A stretch of DNA of 64,000 bases. It comes from an uncultured Pelosinus sp. Lineage in GTDB: Bacteria; Bacillota; Negativicutes; UMGS1260. Location: positions 9,575-73,574 of the forward strand of contig URQW01000004.1 in NCBI GenBank assembly GCA_900550105.1, given 5' to 3'. Positions 29,330 through 39,450 of this stretch are shown here, piece after piece; positions within the stretch are counted from its first letter, which is position 1; every line of letters starts with the position of its first letter. The notes beneath the pieces were generated by a model. It worked only from the letters and a program-made list of their open reading frames with translations, made no database searches and was not told the origin of the DNA. The translations under genes were made by a program, and so were the position numbers.

Positions 29330-29573
29330 TCTTTTCTTCCCTGTTCAAAAAAGAAACCTCTATATTAACAATTATAATGTTCTTCAGTTCCATCGTTATT
29401 CAAGCTATTTTTCAAATAGATCCCTACTTTTACCATACCATATTCATTCAACTTATACACTATCTAAAAGTATAGGAACCAGTCCTGATTTTCCTAGGAA
29501 AAAAGTCACTTTTTTAATAAAAAAAACAGCTCCCCTTCAGCGGACTTGCTGATTGAGAGCTGTTCTTTTATTC

Positions 29574-30413
29574 TTACCCTACCAGTTTTTCAGCTGTATT
29601 TTGTCGCAATTGAAACTCAGCCAAGGGATAACCAAAAACTTCCCCAAAAGCTGCTTCCACGCCTGCTTGGACTGACAAACGGTAAAAAGTCAAAACCTTG
29701 GCAAAGCCGTAATCATCCCAAAGCTGCAACACCATAAGAGCTGCCGTCCGATAAGTCACCTGCGTACCATAGGTCTGTAGCGCTTGCGCCCAGCCATCGC
29801 GGCTAGCTATCATCGCCAGCGACGGTGAACCGGACTTAGCCCCCGCTAGCATCGCCTGCCAGCGAGCCTTATATTGATCCACACTGCGCCGCCCCGTTTT
29901 TTCCGTAACATGGACGGCCACCGCATCAGCCATGCCTTCGACCAGCCAGACCGCATCTTTCGGAAAGCCGATTTGATTTTGATATTGATGAACCATTTCA
30001 TGCGACACAAGAAAAATCCGGTCACTATCACTATTAGCCGCGGCGGCATTTCGCAAAATTAAATGGCCGCCCGATACCGCGTCTGTCGTTCTCGCCCAAC
30101 GCGCCGCAGCCAACTCGTCCAAGTGAAAAATACGTTGCAACTCCTGCTGATAGCGAGTACGATCCGTCAGTAGTCGTACAGTTACCGGTTGTGCCAAAGA
30201 AAACCCAAACGATTCCTTACAAAAAGTTGTCGTCTCTGTTAGGGCCAAATCCGTATCAGTCACCATAAGAGGATCTACCCCCGCTTCAGCGACAACTTGA
30301 TACTCTACTGGAGTATCGGCAGCCAAAGCCATGCTAGTCATCGTAACAAAAGCTATCACCACGGCGATCCAAAACTTGCTTACCAAACGGCCTTGTCTAA
30401 GCCACTGTTTCAT
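29574..30413 (-). CDS. secreted/membrane-anchored putative zinc metallopeptidase (HExxH...E gluzincin-like motif)
   Basis: 279 aa. N-terminal signal/TM. HEMVHQYQ followed by EGMADA 18 residues later. Confidence 0.4.
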   Translation of the reverse strand: MKQWLRQGRLVSKFWIAVVIAFVTMTSMALAADTPVEYQVVAEAGVDPLMVTDTDLALTETTTFCKESFGFSLAQPVTVRLLTDRTRYQQELQRIFHLDELAAARWARTTDAVSGGHLILRNAAAANSDSDRIFLVSHEMVHQYQNQIGFPKDAVWLVEGMADAVAVHVTEKTGRRSVDQYKARWQAMLAGAKSGSPSLAMIASRDGWAQALQTYGTQVTYRTAALMVLQLWDDYGFAKVLTFYRLSVQAGVEAAFGEVFGYPLAEFQLRQNTAEKLVG

Positions 30414-31789
30414 TGCGCCTCCTCCTGATCAATCAGCTGTAAAAGCTCTGCTGTCTTTTTCATCATCAGCGCTTCATCGCCGCGGCTTTCTACATTAAGG
30501 CGAAGTAACGGCTCTGTGTTAGACATACGGACATTAAACCGCCAAGTATCATACTCCACACTAAGGCCATCGGTGCGATCTACTGTAAGCGCTGTCGGAA
30601 GATAAATTGCTTCAATCTGGCGTAATACCGCTTTGGCATCTGTCACTTCCCGATTGATCTCGCCGCTTACAGGATAACGAGCAATCCTCTCCTTCACTAG
30701 CGCCGACAGCGACTGCCCGCAAAGTGACAGACTCTCAACAATTAATAACCACGGAATCATGCCGCTGTCGCAGTAGAAAAAATCTCTAAAATAATGATGC
30801 GCTGACATTTCACCGCCATAAACAGCATCTTCCGCCCGCATTCGTTCTTTAATAAAAGCATGCCCCGTCTTACTCTGCACAGGAACTCCGTCAGCCTGTT
30901 CAACCAGTTCCCGCGTATTCCATGTCAGTCGGGGATCATGAATAATCTTGGCTTTAGGATAACGGCGCAAAAAAGCCTCGCCTAAAAAGCCGACTAAGTA
31001 ATAGCCTTCAATAAAATGACCGGTTTCGTCAAAAAGGAAGCAACGGTCAAAATCACCGTCCCAGGCAATCCCCAGGTCGGCCTTGTAAGCGCGAACGGCG
31101 TCCGCTGTAACACTTTGATTTTCTTTTAACAGCGGATTCGGAATGCCATGAGGAAACGTTCCGTTCGGCTCATGCTGTATTTTAATGAATTCAATCGGAA
31201 GCTCATCTTGCAGCGCATCAAGCACCGGACCGGCGCAACCATTGCCGCTATTCACGACAACTTTTAAAGGGCGTAGCGCCGTTTTATCAATATAGCTAAG
31301 CAAATGAGCCACATAGTCACGCATAATACTCGTCTCAATGACCAAACCTTGCTGCTCTACCGGTAAAGGCTCCGCTAAAAACTGGCCTTGTACGACTCGA
31401 TCTTCCAATTCGCGAAGGCCCGTATCGCCGCTAATGGGCTTCGAGTCTTTCCGTACCAGCTTTAGTCCATTATAATCGATGGGGTTATGACTCGCCGTAA
31501 CCATAATGCCGCCGTCTAGGTGTAAGTGCGAAGTGGCAAAATAAATCTGTTCCGTACCGCACAGACCAATATCAACAACATCACAGCCAGACTCGACGAG
31601 ACCACGGATCAAAGCTTTGGCCAAAGGCTCACTAGAAAGACGGACATCACGGCCTACTGCCACCTTCTTAGCGTCTAGAAGCTCAGCAAAAACACGGCCA
31701 ATCCGATATGTCATAACTTCATTTAATTCATCAGGTACGCGGCCTCGAATATCATAAGCCTTAAAGGCCTTACGTGAAACTTCCATCAT
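30410..31789 (-). CDS. manB: phosphomannomutase/phosphoglucomutase
   Basis: Alpha-D-phosphohexomutase blocks (TASHNP active-site Ser region, GGEMSAHH). Start set at the internal MMEV to avoid overlap with manC. Confidence 0.85.
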   Translation of the reverse strand: MMEVSRKAFKAYDIRGRVPDELNEVMTYRIGRVFAELLDAKKVAVGRDVRLSSEPLAKALIRGLVESGCDVVDIGLCGTEQIYFATSHLHLDGGIMVTASHNPIDYNGLKLVRKDSKPISGDTGLRELEDRVVQGQFLAEPLPVEQQGLVIETSIMRDYVAHLLSYIDKTALRPLKVVVNSGNGCAGPVLDALQDELPIEFIKIQHEPNGTFPHGIPNPLLKENQSVTADAVRAYKADLGIAWDGDFDRCFLFDETGHFIEGYYLVGFLGEAFLRRYPKAKIIHDPRLTWNTRELVEQADGVPVQSKTGHAFIKERMRAEDAVYGGEMSAHHYFRDFFYCDSGMIPWLLIVESLSLCGQSLSALVKERIARYPVSGEINREVTDAKAVLRQIEAIYLPTALTVDRTDGLSVEYDTWRFNVRMSNTEPLLRLNVESRGDEALMMKKTAELLQLIDQEEAQ

Positions 31790-31796
31790 GTCCCCC

Positions 31797-33188
31797 TTAT
31801 ACCCGGCCATAGCTGTCTTCAAAACGAACAATATCATCTTCACCTAAGTAATCGCCATTTTGCACTTCAATGATCTCCAAGGGAATCTTGCCAGGATTTT
31901 CGAGCCGATGCTTCGTAGAAGACGGAATAAAGACGCTTTCATTCTTATGCACCATCTGCTCCGCTTCGCCCACCGTGACCTTGGCGGTACCGCCAATGAC
32001 AATCCAGTGCTCACTGCGATGGTAATGGAGTTGCAGACTGAGTTTCTGCCCTGGGGTTACAACAATTTTCTTCATCTTATAGCCAGGACCTTCGCCCATA
32101 ACCGTGTAGCTTCCCCAGGGGCGGTACATGGTCGTATGCTCCGTTGCTTCCTTACGTTTCCGCTTTTTTAGTTCATGGACAAGATCCTTTACCTGCTGGG
32201 ATTCCCCTTTACGAGCAACTAAAATCACATCATCCGTCTCCACCACCAGTAAATCCTCAAGGCCAATTCCGGCAATGAGCCTGCTACGAGACATCAAGAG
32301 GGAATTAGAGCAATTCATGGGCAGGCAATCGCCCTTTATGGCATTTCCAGCTTCGTCTTTGTCCATCACTTCATAGATCGCATCCCAGGAACCAATATCA
32401 TTCCAATAGGCTGCAAAAGGAATAATAACAGCATTCTGTGATTTTTCCGCTACAGCATAGTCAATTGAGATATCTGGCATTTCGCTAAAGCGTTCCTGGA
32501 GTTCTAGAAAGGGCAGCTGAAGCAAAGCAGCAATCGGTGTAAAGTGAAGCTGCAACTCCTGCATAATCAATTGGATCGAAAAAGCAAACATTCCGGAGTT
32601 CCAATAATAGCCGCCTGCCGTCAAATAGGCTTCGGCAGTAGCTAAATCAGGTTTTTCCTTAAAAGATTCCACAGTGTAACCATTAAAAGCACCGCTACAA
32701 GTCTTGCCTGCATGAATATAGCCATATCCAGTTTCCGGTTTGTCTGGTGAAATGCCAAACGTTACAAAGTTCCCTATCTCCGCCGCAATTTTTGCTTGCG
32801 CCACAGCCGCTTCAAAAGCCTTGTCAGAACGAATCACGTGATCCGATGGTGAAACAAAGATGGTTTCTGCTGCATCAGAGCCGAGGATATCAAGGCAATA
32901 GCGAACAGCAAAGGCAATTGCTGGCGCTGTGTTTCTCCCCACAGGTTCGAGCAAAATATGAGCATCTGATGCACCGACCGATTTCAATTCAGCTTGTACA
33001 TGATGAAAATAAGCAGAACTTGTAACAACCAAAATATCTTGCGGCTCAACAACCTGTAAAAAACGTTCCACAGTCTGTGCTAACAGCGATTTTTCGCTGT
33101 CAATCTGTAGAAACTGCTTCGGGTAAGAAGTTCGTGACAAAGGAAATAGTCTTGTTCCACCGCCGCCTGCTAAAATGACTACCTTCAT
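31797..33188 (-). CDS. manC: bifunctional mannose-1-phosphate guanylyltransferase / mannose-6-phosphate isomerase (cupin C-terminus)
   Basis: N-terminal ILAGGGGTRLFPLS nucleotidyltransferase motif. C-terminal cupin (HYHRSEHW). Confidence 0.85.
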   Translation of the reverse strand: MKVVILAGGGGTRLFPLSRTSYPKQFLQIDSEKSLLAQTVERFLQVVEPQDILVVTSSAYFHHVQAELKSVGASDAHILLEPVGRNTAPAIAFAVRYCLDILGSDAAETIFVSPSDHVIRSDKAFEAAVAQAKIAAEIGNFVTFGISPDKPETGYGYIHAGKTCSGAFNGYTVESFKEKPDLATAEAYLTAGGYYWNSGMFAFSIQLIMQELQLHFTPIAALLQLPFLELQERFSEMPDISIDYAVAEKSQNAVIIPFAAYWNDIGSWDAIYEVMDKDEAGNAIKGDCLPMNCSNSLLMSRSRLIAGIGLEDLLVVETDDVILVARKGESQQVKDLVHELKKRKRKEATEHTTMYRPWGSYTVMGEGPGYKMKKIVVTPGQKLSLQLHYHRSEHWIVIGGTAKVTVGEAEQMVHKNESVFIPSSTKHRLENPGKIPLEIIEVQNGDYLGEDDIVRFEDSYGRV

Positions 33189-34219
33189 TCTCTCGCCACC
33201 CTTTCAAAATTTCGATTTATAATCCGATCCAAATCATCGGCCATCTTCGCAAAAACAGGTCCCCACTTTCCTTCGGTACGCTGACGATACAGTTTTATGG
33301 TAGGATACCAAGGAGAATCTTCGCGATCGCGCAGCCAGCGCCATTCATTGAGTTTTGGCAAAACAAGCCAGGTAGGCTTTCCCATCGCACCAGAGAGATG
33401 GGGTACCGATGTATCAATAGAAATGATAAGATCGAGATTTGCAATCGCCCCTGCCGTATCGGCAAAGTCCTGAATTTGACCTGACAAATCAGTAACAGTA
33501 AAATCCGCCGGCAGTTTCTTTAAGTCACTCGCCTCTTCCCCTACCTGCAGACTATAAAAAGCTGTATTTTTCACGCGAAAGAGCGGATAAAAATCGCTCA
33601 ACTCACAAGAACGGTTTAAAATCGTATTTTTCTTTCCTGACCAGACAAAGCCAATCTTACAAACCCGCTCCGGCCTTATATAAGGTTTCCATTGATCAAC
33701 CCACTCTGGCTCTAACTCAATATAAGGAACTCGATTCGGAATCGTATGTAAAGTAGTACCAAAAATCATGGGCAGGCTGAGCAGAGGAATAAATAAATCA
33801 AAATCTCGTAAACGAATTTCATCAGCTACACAATCGACAACAGCATGTAACGATTTCTTAGCTATTCTGCGCAATGAATGAGGCGGCAAAAAAGTCACAT
33901 GTCCGCCGCGACTTTTCACGAACCCCAAATAACGCATAAACTGCAGTGTATCGCCAAGTCCCTGCTCTCGATAGACTAATAGCTTCTTACCAGAAAAGGT
34001 CTCTCCCTGCCAGCGTGGATATGACAAAGGTACATATACATGTCTTGACGTCTGATGCAGAATACGCCCTTCATACTTTTTAAAGCCTTCATATAAATTT
34101 CCTGATTTTAAATCCGTAATTGCGCTTGAAAGCAGCTGATTCATTGACTGGAAAAGCTCTTCCTGAGATATTTCAATGCCAGTATTGTCTTCTTTTGTCT
34201 GCTCCATTTGTCCTCTCAT
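33185..34219 (-). CDS. glycosyltransferase family 9 (heptosyltransferase-like)
   Basis: GLGDTLQFMRYL and DTSVPHLSGAMGKPTWLV blocks typical of GT9. Confidence 0.65.
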   Translation of the reverse strand: MRGQMEQTKEDNTGIEISQEELFQSMNQLLSSAITDLKSGNLYEGFKKYEGRILHQTSRHVYVPLSYPRWQGETFSGKKLLVYREQGLGDTLQFMRYLGFVKSRGGHVTFLPPHSLRRIAKKSLHAVVDCVADEIRLRDFDLFIPLLSLPMIFGTTLHTIPNRVPYIELEPEWVDQWKPYIRPERVCKIGFVWSGKKNTILNRSCELSDFYPLFRVKNTAFYSLQVGEEASDLKKLPADFTVTDLSGQIQDFADTAGAIANLDLIISIDTSVPHLSGAMGKPTWLVLPKLNEWRWLRDREDSPWYPTIKLYRQRTEGKWGPVFAKMADDLDRIINRNFERVARE

Positions 34220-34223
34220 CCTG

Positions 34224-35138
34224 CTATTGTCGCCAATAGCCTTTGCACATGCTAAACTTTTTCTTTAAGTATAAAGGAATTTTACTTTCTTTAAAACCAA
34301 GACGATACCCTAAAAACTTAGCCAGCGTGCGTAGCATCGCCCCAGGAATTTGCAGTATAGCTCCTTTGCACCACAAATAAGCAAGTTCAGATTTGACAAA
34401 GCGCGCCCCTTCTCCTTCCGCTTGGCCAAAGGTTTCGCGAATCCAAAGCTCGCGCGCTTGAAAAACGCCAATATCAAAATAACGCTGAAACTCCTGCAAC
34501 ATTGTATAATCATGAGAATGATAAACTTTCGCTTCTGCCTGATAAGCAATCTTTTTGCCAGCAAGAAGCAATTTTGCCGCCACATACATATCTTCACTTA
34601 AAATCGTCGTCGCCGGAAAACCGCCTACAGCGATTAAATCACTACGCCGATAGGCCGCAAAGGAATTAGATAAGAAAGCCGTCTTTAAACCATAGCGCGG
34701 CGCATCATCTAATGACTTTACGACTGATTCCGGTCCATAATTAAAGATTCTCGCATGGGCTCCCAAAAGTCCGGCGTTCTGATGGGGCAACTGTCTGCCA
34801 TAGACAGCGCTGACAGAAGAATCCTGAAAGGGTCGCAACAGTTTGGCAAAAGCTTCGCTGTCTGCCAGTAAAACATCCTGCGTCAAATAGATAAGAAACG
34901 ATACGGCAAGCTGAGTTGCCGCACTTTGCCGCGTGCCGCCGTGATTAAAAGATGCCGCCGGAATGATCTCTAGATGAAAGCCAAATTCTTTGGCCCAAGC
35001 GGCCGTTTGATCTTTTGATGTAGAATCAATAACAAGAACCTGTTGCGGCTGCAAGGACTGCGCTTGCAAAGAAGCAAAAAGCCTTTGCACCTGTGCGCCG
35101 CCATTACGAGTTGGAATAACTACGGCAAAATCGTCCAT
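34224..35138 (-). CDS. glycosyltransferase family 2
   Basis: N-terminal VVIPTRNGG...IDSTSKD GT-A motif. Confidence 0.75.
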   Translation of the reverse strand: MDDFAVVIPTRNGGAQVQRLFASLQAQSLQPQQVLVIDSTSKDQTAAWAKEFGFHLEIIPAASFNHGGTRQSAATQLAVSFLIYLTQDVLLADSEAFAKLLRPFQDSSVSAVYGRQLPHQNAGLLGAHARIFNYGPESVVKSLDDAPRYGLKTAFLSNSFAAYRRSDLIAVGGFPATTILSEDMYVAAKLLLAGKKIAYQAEAKVYHSHDYTMLQEFQRYFDIGVFQARELWIRETFGQAEGEGARFVKSELAYLWCKGAILQIPGAMLRTLAKFLGYRLGFKESKIPLYLKKKFSMCKGYWRQ

Positions 35139-35142
35139 TGTT

Positions 35143-36627
35143 CTACCGATCTCGCTCTATCATAAAATTTTTTTCAATTCCCTGAGCCACACGCCGCCAA
35201 AGATCCAGCCATGATTCCGTCGGTTCCTTGCGAACAAGGCGCATCGTCGGGTACCAAGGGGAATCAGTACGCTTCGCTAGCCAACGCCAGTCAGCTTCTT
35301 CCGATAGCAAAGTCAATACAGGACGGCCTAAAGCGCCTGCCAAATGAGCTGTCGATGTATCTGTCGAAATAATCAGGTCCAAGTTAAGCATTACTGCCGC
35401 CGTATCGGCGAAATCAGAAAGCTCCTCATCTAAATTGATCATAGACAAAGCTGCAGGCTTTTCGGGCCACTCTGAAGCGCCAGTCCCTTTCTGTAAGCTT
35501 ACAAAGTTGACTTTAGCTAGTTCTGATAACGGCGCTAAATCACCAATATGGCAAGTATTGTGAGAGTTGCCACTCCAAATCACACCAATTTTAGGACCAG
35601 AAAGTGCCGCAAGCTTCTCTTGCCATGCGGTTACAAGCGGTCGAGGCGTTTTGATATAAGGCGTCGACGCAGGAATCGTAGCAAGACTTGTCCCAAAAAT
35701 CATGGGGAGCGACAAGAGCGCTACCGATAAATCATAATCCTTCCACTCACAAGAATTGACTACGGCATCAACGCCAGGCAAAGCTTCAAAGAGACGCAAT
35801 AAAGGCTTTTGACAGGCAAGGGTTACATGACCGCCTCGTAGCTTTACCAGCGGTAAATAGCGGACAAACTGCACCGTATCGCCAAGACCTTCCTCGCAAT
35901 ATATTAAAAGTTTCTTACCAGAAAAAATCTCGCCCTGCCACTGGGGCAGATTCTGATCAAACTGGTCATAAAAATCTTTGCCTTTCGGCAACTTCTTGCG
36001 CCATTCTAGCTCCTTAAAGCCTTCTGGCAAATGGCCGAAATAAAGTAGCGCTTCCAGCAGATAGCCATGATATTCAGCATTTTCCGGATCTTTGTCTATG
36101 GCCTGGCGAAAATAAGCTAGAGCTTCTGTTTCCTTCAGAGAATAACGGGAAATATTGCCCATTTCAGCATAAGCTTCCGCCAGATCAGGCTGCCATAAAG
36201 CGACTTTTTCATAATAAGAAAAAGCCAAATCAAATTCATGGTCCTGCTTATGAAGCCTTCCTAACAGCAGCGCTGCTTGCCAATTCTTCTCTTCTAGTTC
36301 CAACAGGTCTTTGAGCAGTATCTTGGCTTTCGCAAAGTTTCCTGTCTCAATATAAAGCCGACTTAGTTTATCGCCAAGACGCGGGTCTCGCGGCGCTAAT
36401 AAAAAAGCCTCTTCATAGGCGGCAATCGCTTTATCTTTTTGATTCGTTTCGTAAATTAATCCTAGATTTGCCTGGGCTTCAAACTTTTGCGGATTGTCGC
36501 GTAAGGTTCGTTCATAAGCGCGAACCGCCTCCTCGAGTTTTCCTGCCTGATGCAATGCTAATGCTTTGGCAAATTGTTTTTCCGCTTCTTTTCGTTTTCG
36601 TTCTTGTCGCGTACTTTGCTGCGCCAT
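35143..36627 (-). CDS. TPR-repeat domain fused to a glycosyltransferase family 9 domain
   Basis: N-terminal ~230 aa of TPR repeats. C-terminal domain paralogous to the 344-aa GT9 (GLGDTVQFVRYL, DTSTAHLAGALGRPVLTLL). Confidence 0.65.
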   Translation of the reverse strand: MAQQSTRQERKRKEAEKQFAKALALHQAGKLEEAVRAYERTLRDNPQKFEAQANLGLIYETNQKDKAIAAYEEAFLLAPRDPRLGDKLSRLYIETGNFAKAKILLKDLLELEEKNWQAALLLGRLHKQDHEFDLAFSYYEKVALWQPDLAEAYAEMGNISRYSLKETEALAYFRQAIDKDPENAEYHGYLLEALLYFGHLPEGFKELEWRKKLPKGKDFYDQFDQNLPQWQGEIFSGKKLLIYCEEGLGDTVQFVRYLPLVKLRGGHVTLACQKPLLRLFEALPGVDAVVNSCEWKDYDLSVALLSLPMIFGTSLATIPASTPYIKTPRPLVTAWQEKLAALSGPKIGVIWSGNSHNTCHIGDLAPLSELAKVNFVSLQKGTGASEWPEKPAALSMINLDEELSDFADTAAVMLNLDLIISTDTSTAHLAGALGRPVLTLLSEEADWRWLAKRTDSPWYPTMRLVRKEPTESWLDLWRRVAQGIEKNFMIERDR

Positions 36628-36636
36628 GATGATTCC

Positions 36637-37203
36637 TCACTTTCCAAACAGGGGTAATTTAGCTTGATCCATTTCGTCAAGGCAAGGATAAACCGTATCT
36701 TTTTCCGATAAAGAAACATCCTGTAATGGCCATTGAATGCCAATTTTCGGATCATTCCAAGCGATACCGCCCTCATCTGCCGGACTATAAAGCTCTGTAC
36801 ATTTATAAGTAAAATAAGCCGTATCACTGACGACGCAAAAGCCATGAGCAAAGCCTGCCGGAATCCAAAACTGACGATGATTTTCGCCTGATAAAATGAC
36901 TCCGGTCCACTGACCGAAAGTGGGCGAACCGCGCCGAATATCTACAGCCACATCAAAGACCTCACCGGCAATCACTGAGACAAGCTTTCCCTGACCATGG
37001 GGATTTTGAAAATGCAACCCCCGTAAAACGCCTTTCGTCGAAAACGATAAATTATCTTGCACGAAAGGGGCTCTAATCCCCATCGCTTCATACCGTTCTT
37101 TTTGCCAGGTTTCCTGGAAAAAACCGCGATGATCGCCAAAAACCTTTGGCTCTATAATGAATACGCCTGATAAATTTGTTTCCAAAACATTCATAATGGT
37201 CAC
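36637..37203 (-). CDS. rfbC: dTDP-4-dehydrorhamnose 3,5-epimerase
   Basis: 188 aa with RmlC cupin motifs (FGDHRGFF, RGLHFQ). Confidence 0.85.
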   Translation of the reverse strand: MTIMNVLETNLSGVFIIEPKVFGDHRGFFQETWQKERYEAMGIRAPFVQDNLSFSTKGVLRGLHFQNPHGQGKLVSVIAGEVFDVAVDIRRGSPTFGQWTGVILSGENHRQFWIPAGFAHGFCVVSDTAYFTYKCTELYSPADEGGIAWNDPKIGIQWPLQDVSLSEKDTVYPCLDEMDQAKLPLFGK

Positions 37204-37272
37204 TTCCTCTTCTTACTTACTATATAAAAATAGAGAAGGCAGGATAGCCAAACGATTCTCCTGCCTTCTCAC

Positions 37273-39447
37273 TTACTTACTGTCACCTAAGGAAGAATCA
37301 TGGGACGATTCCCGTTCCTGCTGGTTATATAAGTCATAATAGCTGCCCTTACTTGCTATAAGATCTTCATGGGTTCCCGACTCTACGATCTGTCCATGAT
37401 CCATCACAAAGATCTTGTGACAATGACGAACGGTAGAAAGTCGATGCGCAATCATAATCATCGTACGACCGGCAGCAATTTGGGCCAAATTATTCATAAT
37501 AATTCGCTCAGACTCATAATCCAGAGCGCTAGTGGCTTCATCAAAAATCAAGATTTTCGGATCGGTCATCAAAGCCCGGGCAATTGCAATGCGCTGCCGC
37601 TGTCCACCTGAAAGCAAAGCGCCACGCTCGCCGACAGGCGTATCATAGCCTTCAGGCAGTTGTTCAATAAATTCATGAGCGCCTGCCGCCTGTGCCACGC
37701 GCACAATATCTTCTAAGGTTGCATGGGGCGCGGCAACAGCAATATTTTCGCGAATGGAACCGCCAAATAGGAAGTTTTCCTGCAGCACTACACCGATCTG
37801 TCGCCGCAGCCACGCTGGTTCTACCTGTACAAGATCGACACCGTCAATCAACACACGGCCTGCTTCGGGCACATACAAACGCTGAATCAATTTTGTCAGC
37901 GTGCTTTTTCCGGAACCGGAGCGACCTACAATCCCGATCGACTGCCCAGCAGCAATATGAAGTCCCACTTGTCGCAGCGTTTCACTGCCGTCTTTACGAT
38001 AGCGAAAGGTCACACGATCCAGCAGAATTTCGCCAGACAAAGCCGGTAGCGTTGTTCTAGCTGGATCAAAGGAAGGTTCCGGCGTTTCCCTCATAATATC
38101 GCCAAGGCGATCCACAGATACCATGGTCTGCTGGAATTGCTGCCACATACTGACAAGGCGGAGAATCGGTGCAATGACCTGGCCAGCCATCATTTGGAAG
38201 GCAATGAGTTCGCCGACTGACAATTTTTCATCAAGGACGGCGTGAGCGCCCACCCACAAAATGGCGATCGTAAAGAGATTCTGTAGCAAGGTTCCTAAGT
38301 TTCCCGCTACATTGCCAACTTGTATAGCGGAAAAAGAAGCTTTGGCATAGCGGGCCAAAAGCCCTTCATACTTATCAATAAACTGTTTCTCTACAGCCAT
38401 AGATTTAATCGTCTGAATCCCCGTGACTGCTTCAATCAAAAAAGACTGATTTTCAGCACCAGCAAAAAACCGCTTATTCAAGCGATCTTTCAGAATCGGT
38501 GTCACAATGAGACTTAAGAGCAAATAAAGCGCCACTGTAATGCCTGTGACAATGCTCAGCATACCACTGTAGGCTACCATGACGGTCACATAAACGACGG
38601 CAAAGACCAGATCAAGCACGACAGTCAGAGCGGATCCAGTAATAAACTGTCGAATCGTATCAAGCTCCCTTACACGGGAAACTACATCACCAACTTGCCA
38701 CGTTTCGAAATACTTGATCGACAAAGTGGCGATCCGACGAAATAAATGACTGCCTAGCGTCACATCAATCTTATTCGTCGTATGAGTAAACAAGTAAGAT
38801 CGAAGCGCCGTCATCCAGGACTGGAAAAAGCTGACGAGTACCATGCCAAGTAATAAAATATCAAGCGTTCCTGTACTATGATGTACCAGGACTTTATCAA
38901 TGATAACCTGCATAAATAACGGACTAGCCAAACCGAACAGTTGTAATAAAAAAGAAATAAGCAAAACTTGCAGGAAAAACCGTTTATACTTGGAAATGAC
39001 CGGAATAAACCAGGACAACCCAAACTGTGCGGCCTGTTCCTTGAGGCCATAGCGGCGTGCTAGTAGAATCATTTCGCCGCTCCAGACCTCGAAAAACTTA
39101 TCAATCGTCACGGTAAAGGGCTGAGGCTGACAAGGATCATAAATGACAGCCTTTTGTCCGTCGCACTGCATCAGCAGGGCAAACGCGCCATTTTTTAAAA
39201 TAGCAATCGCCGGAAGGGGAAGTTTTCCAATCACTTCCCTTGCGGGTCTGAGTAGCCGCGCTTTGAGGCTTAAATCGCGAGCTGCTCGCAGCAAAGTGAC
39301 CGAATCCATGCCGCTATTCGAAACAACATAGGCTCTGGCAAGCTGCTCCCGATCAGCGGCTATGCCCAAGAGTTGGGCCGCTCCGACCAGGCAGGCAAGA
39401 CCTGTATCAATGGGGCGACCTGCTTTTTGTTCGCTATGATCTGCCAT
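37273..39447 (-). CDS. type I secretion ABC transporter (HlyB/RtxE-like): N-terminal C39-like domain + 6 TM + NBD
   Basis: 724 aa. GRSGSGKST Walker A, LSGGQRQR signature, ILIFDEATSALD Walker B. N-terminal ~130-aa peptidase-like domain apparently lacking the catalytic Cys position. Confidence 0.8.
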   Translation of the reverse strand: MADHSEQKAGRPIDTGLACLVGAAQLLGIAADREQLARAYVVSNSGMDSVTLLRAARDLSLKARLLRPAREVIGKLPLPAIAILKNGAFALLMQCDGQKAVIYDPCQPQPFTVTIDKFFEVWSGEMILLARRYGLKEQAAQFGLSWFIPVISKYKRFFLQVLLISFLLQLFGLASPLFMQVIIDKVLVHHSTGTLDILLLGMVLVSFFQSWMTALRSYLFTHTTNKIDVTLGSHLFRRIATLSIKYFETWQVGDVVSRVRELDTIRQFITGSALTVVLDLVFAVVYVTVMVAYSGMLSIVTGITVALYLLLSLIVTPILKDRLNKRFFAGAENQSFLIEAVTGIQTIKSMAVEKQFIDKYEGLLARYAKASFSAIQVGNVAGNLGTLLQNLFTIAILWVGAHAVLDEKLSVGELIAFQMMAGQVIAPILRLVSMWQQFQQTMVSVDRLGDIMRETPEPSFDPARTTLPALSGEILLDRVTFRYRKDGSETLRQVGLHIAAGQSIGIVGRSGSGKSTLTKLIQRLYVPEAGRVLIDGVDLVQVEPAWLRRQIGVVLQENFLFGGSIRENIAVAAPHATLEDIVRVAQAAGAHEFIEQLPEGYDTPVGERGALLSGGQRQRIAIARALMTDPKILIFDEATSALDYESERIIMNNLAQIAAGRTMIMIAHRLSTVRHCHKIFVMDHGQIVESGTHEDLIASKGSYYDLYNQQERESSHDSSLGDSK

Positions 39448-39450
39448 AGT

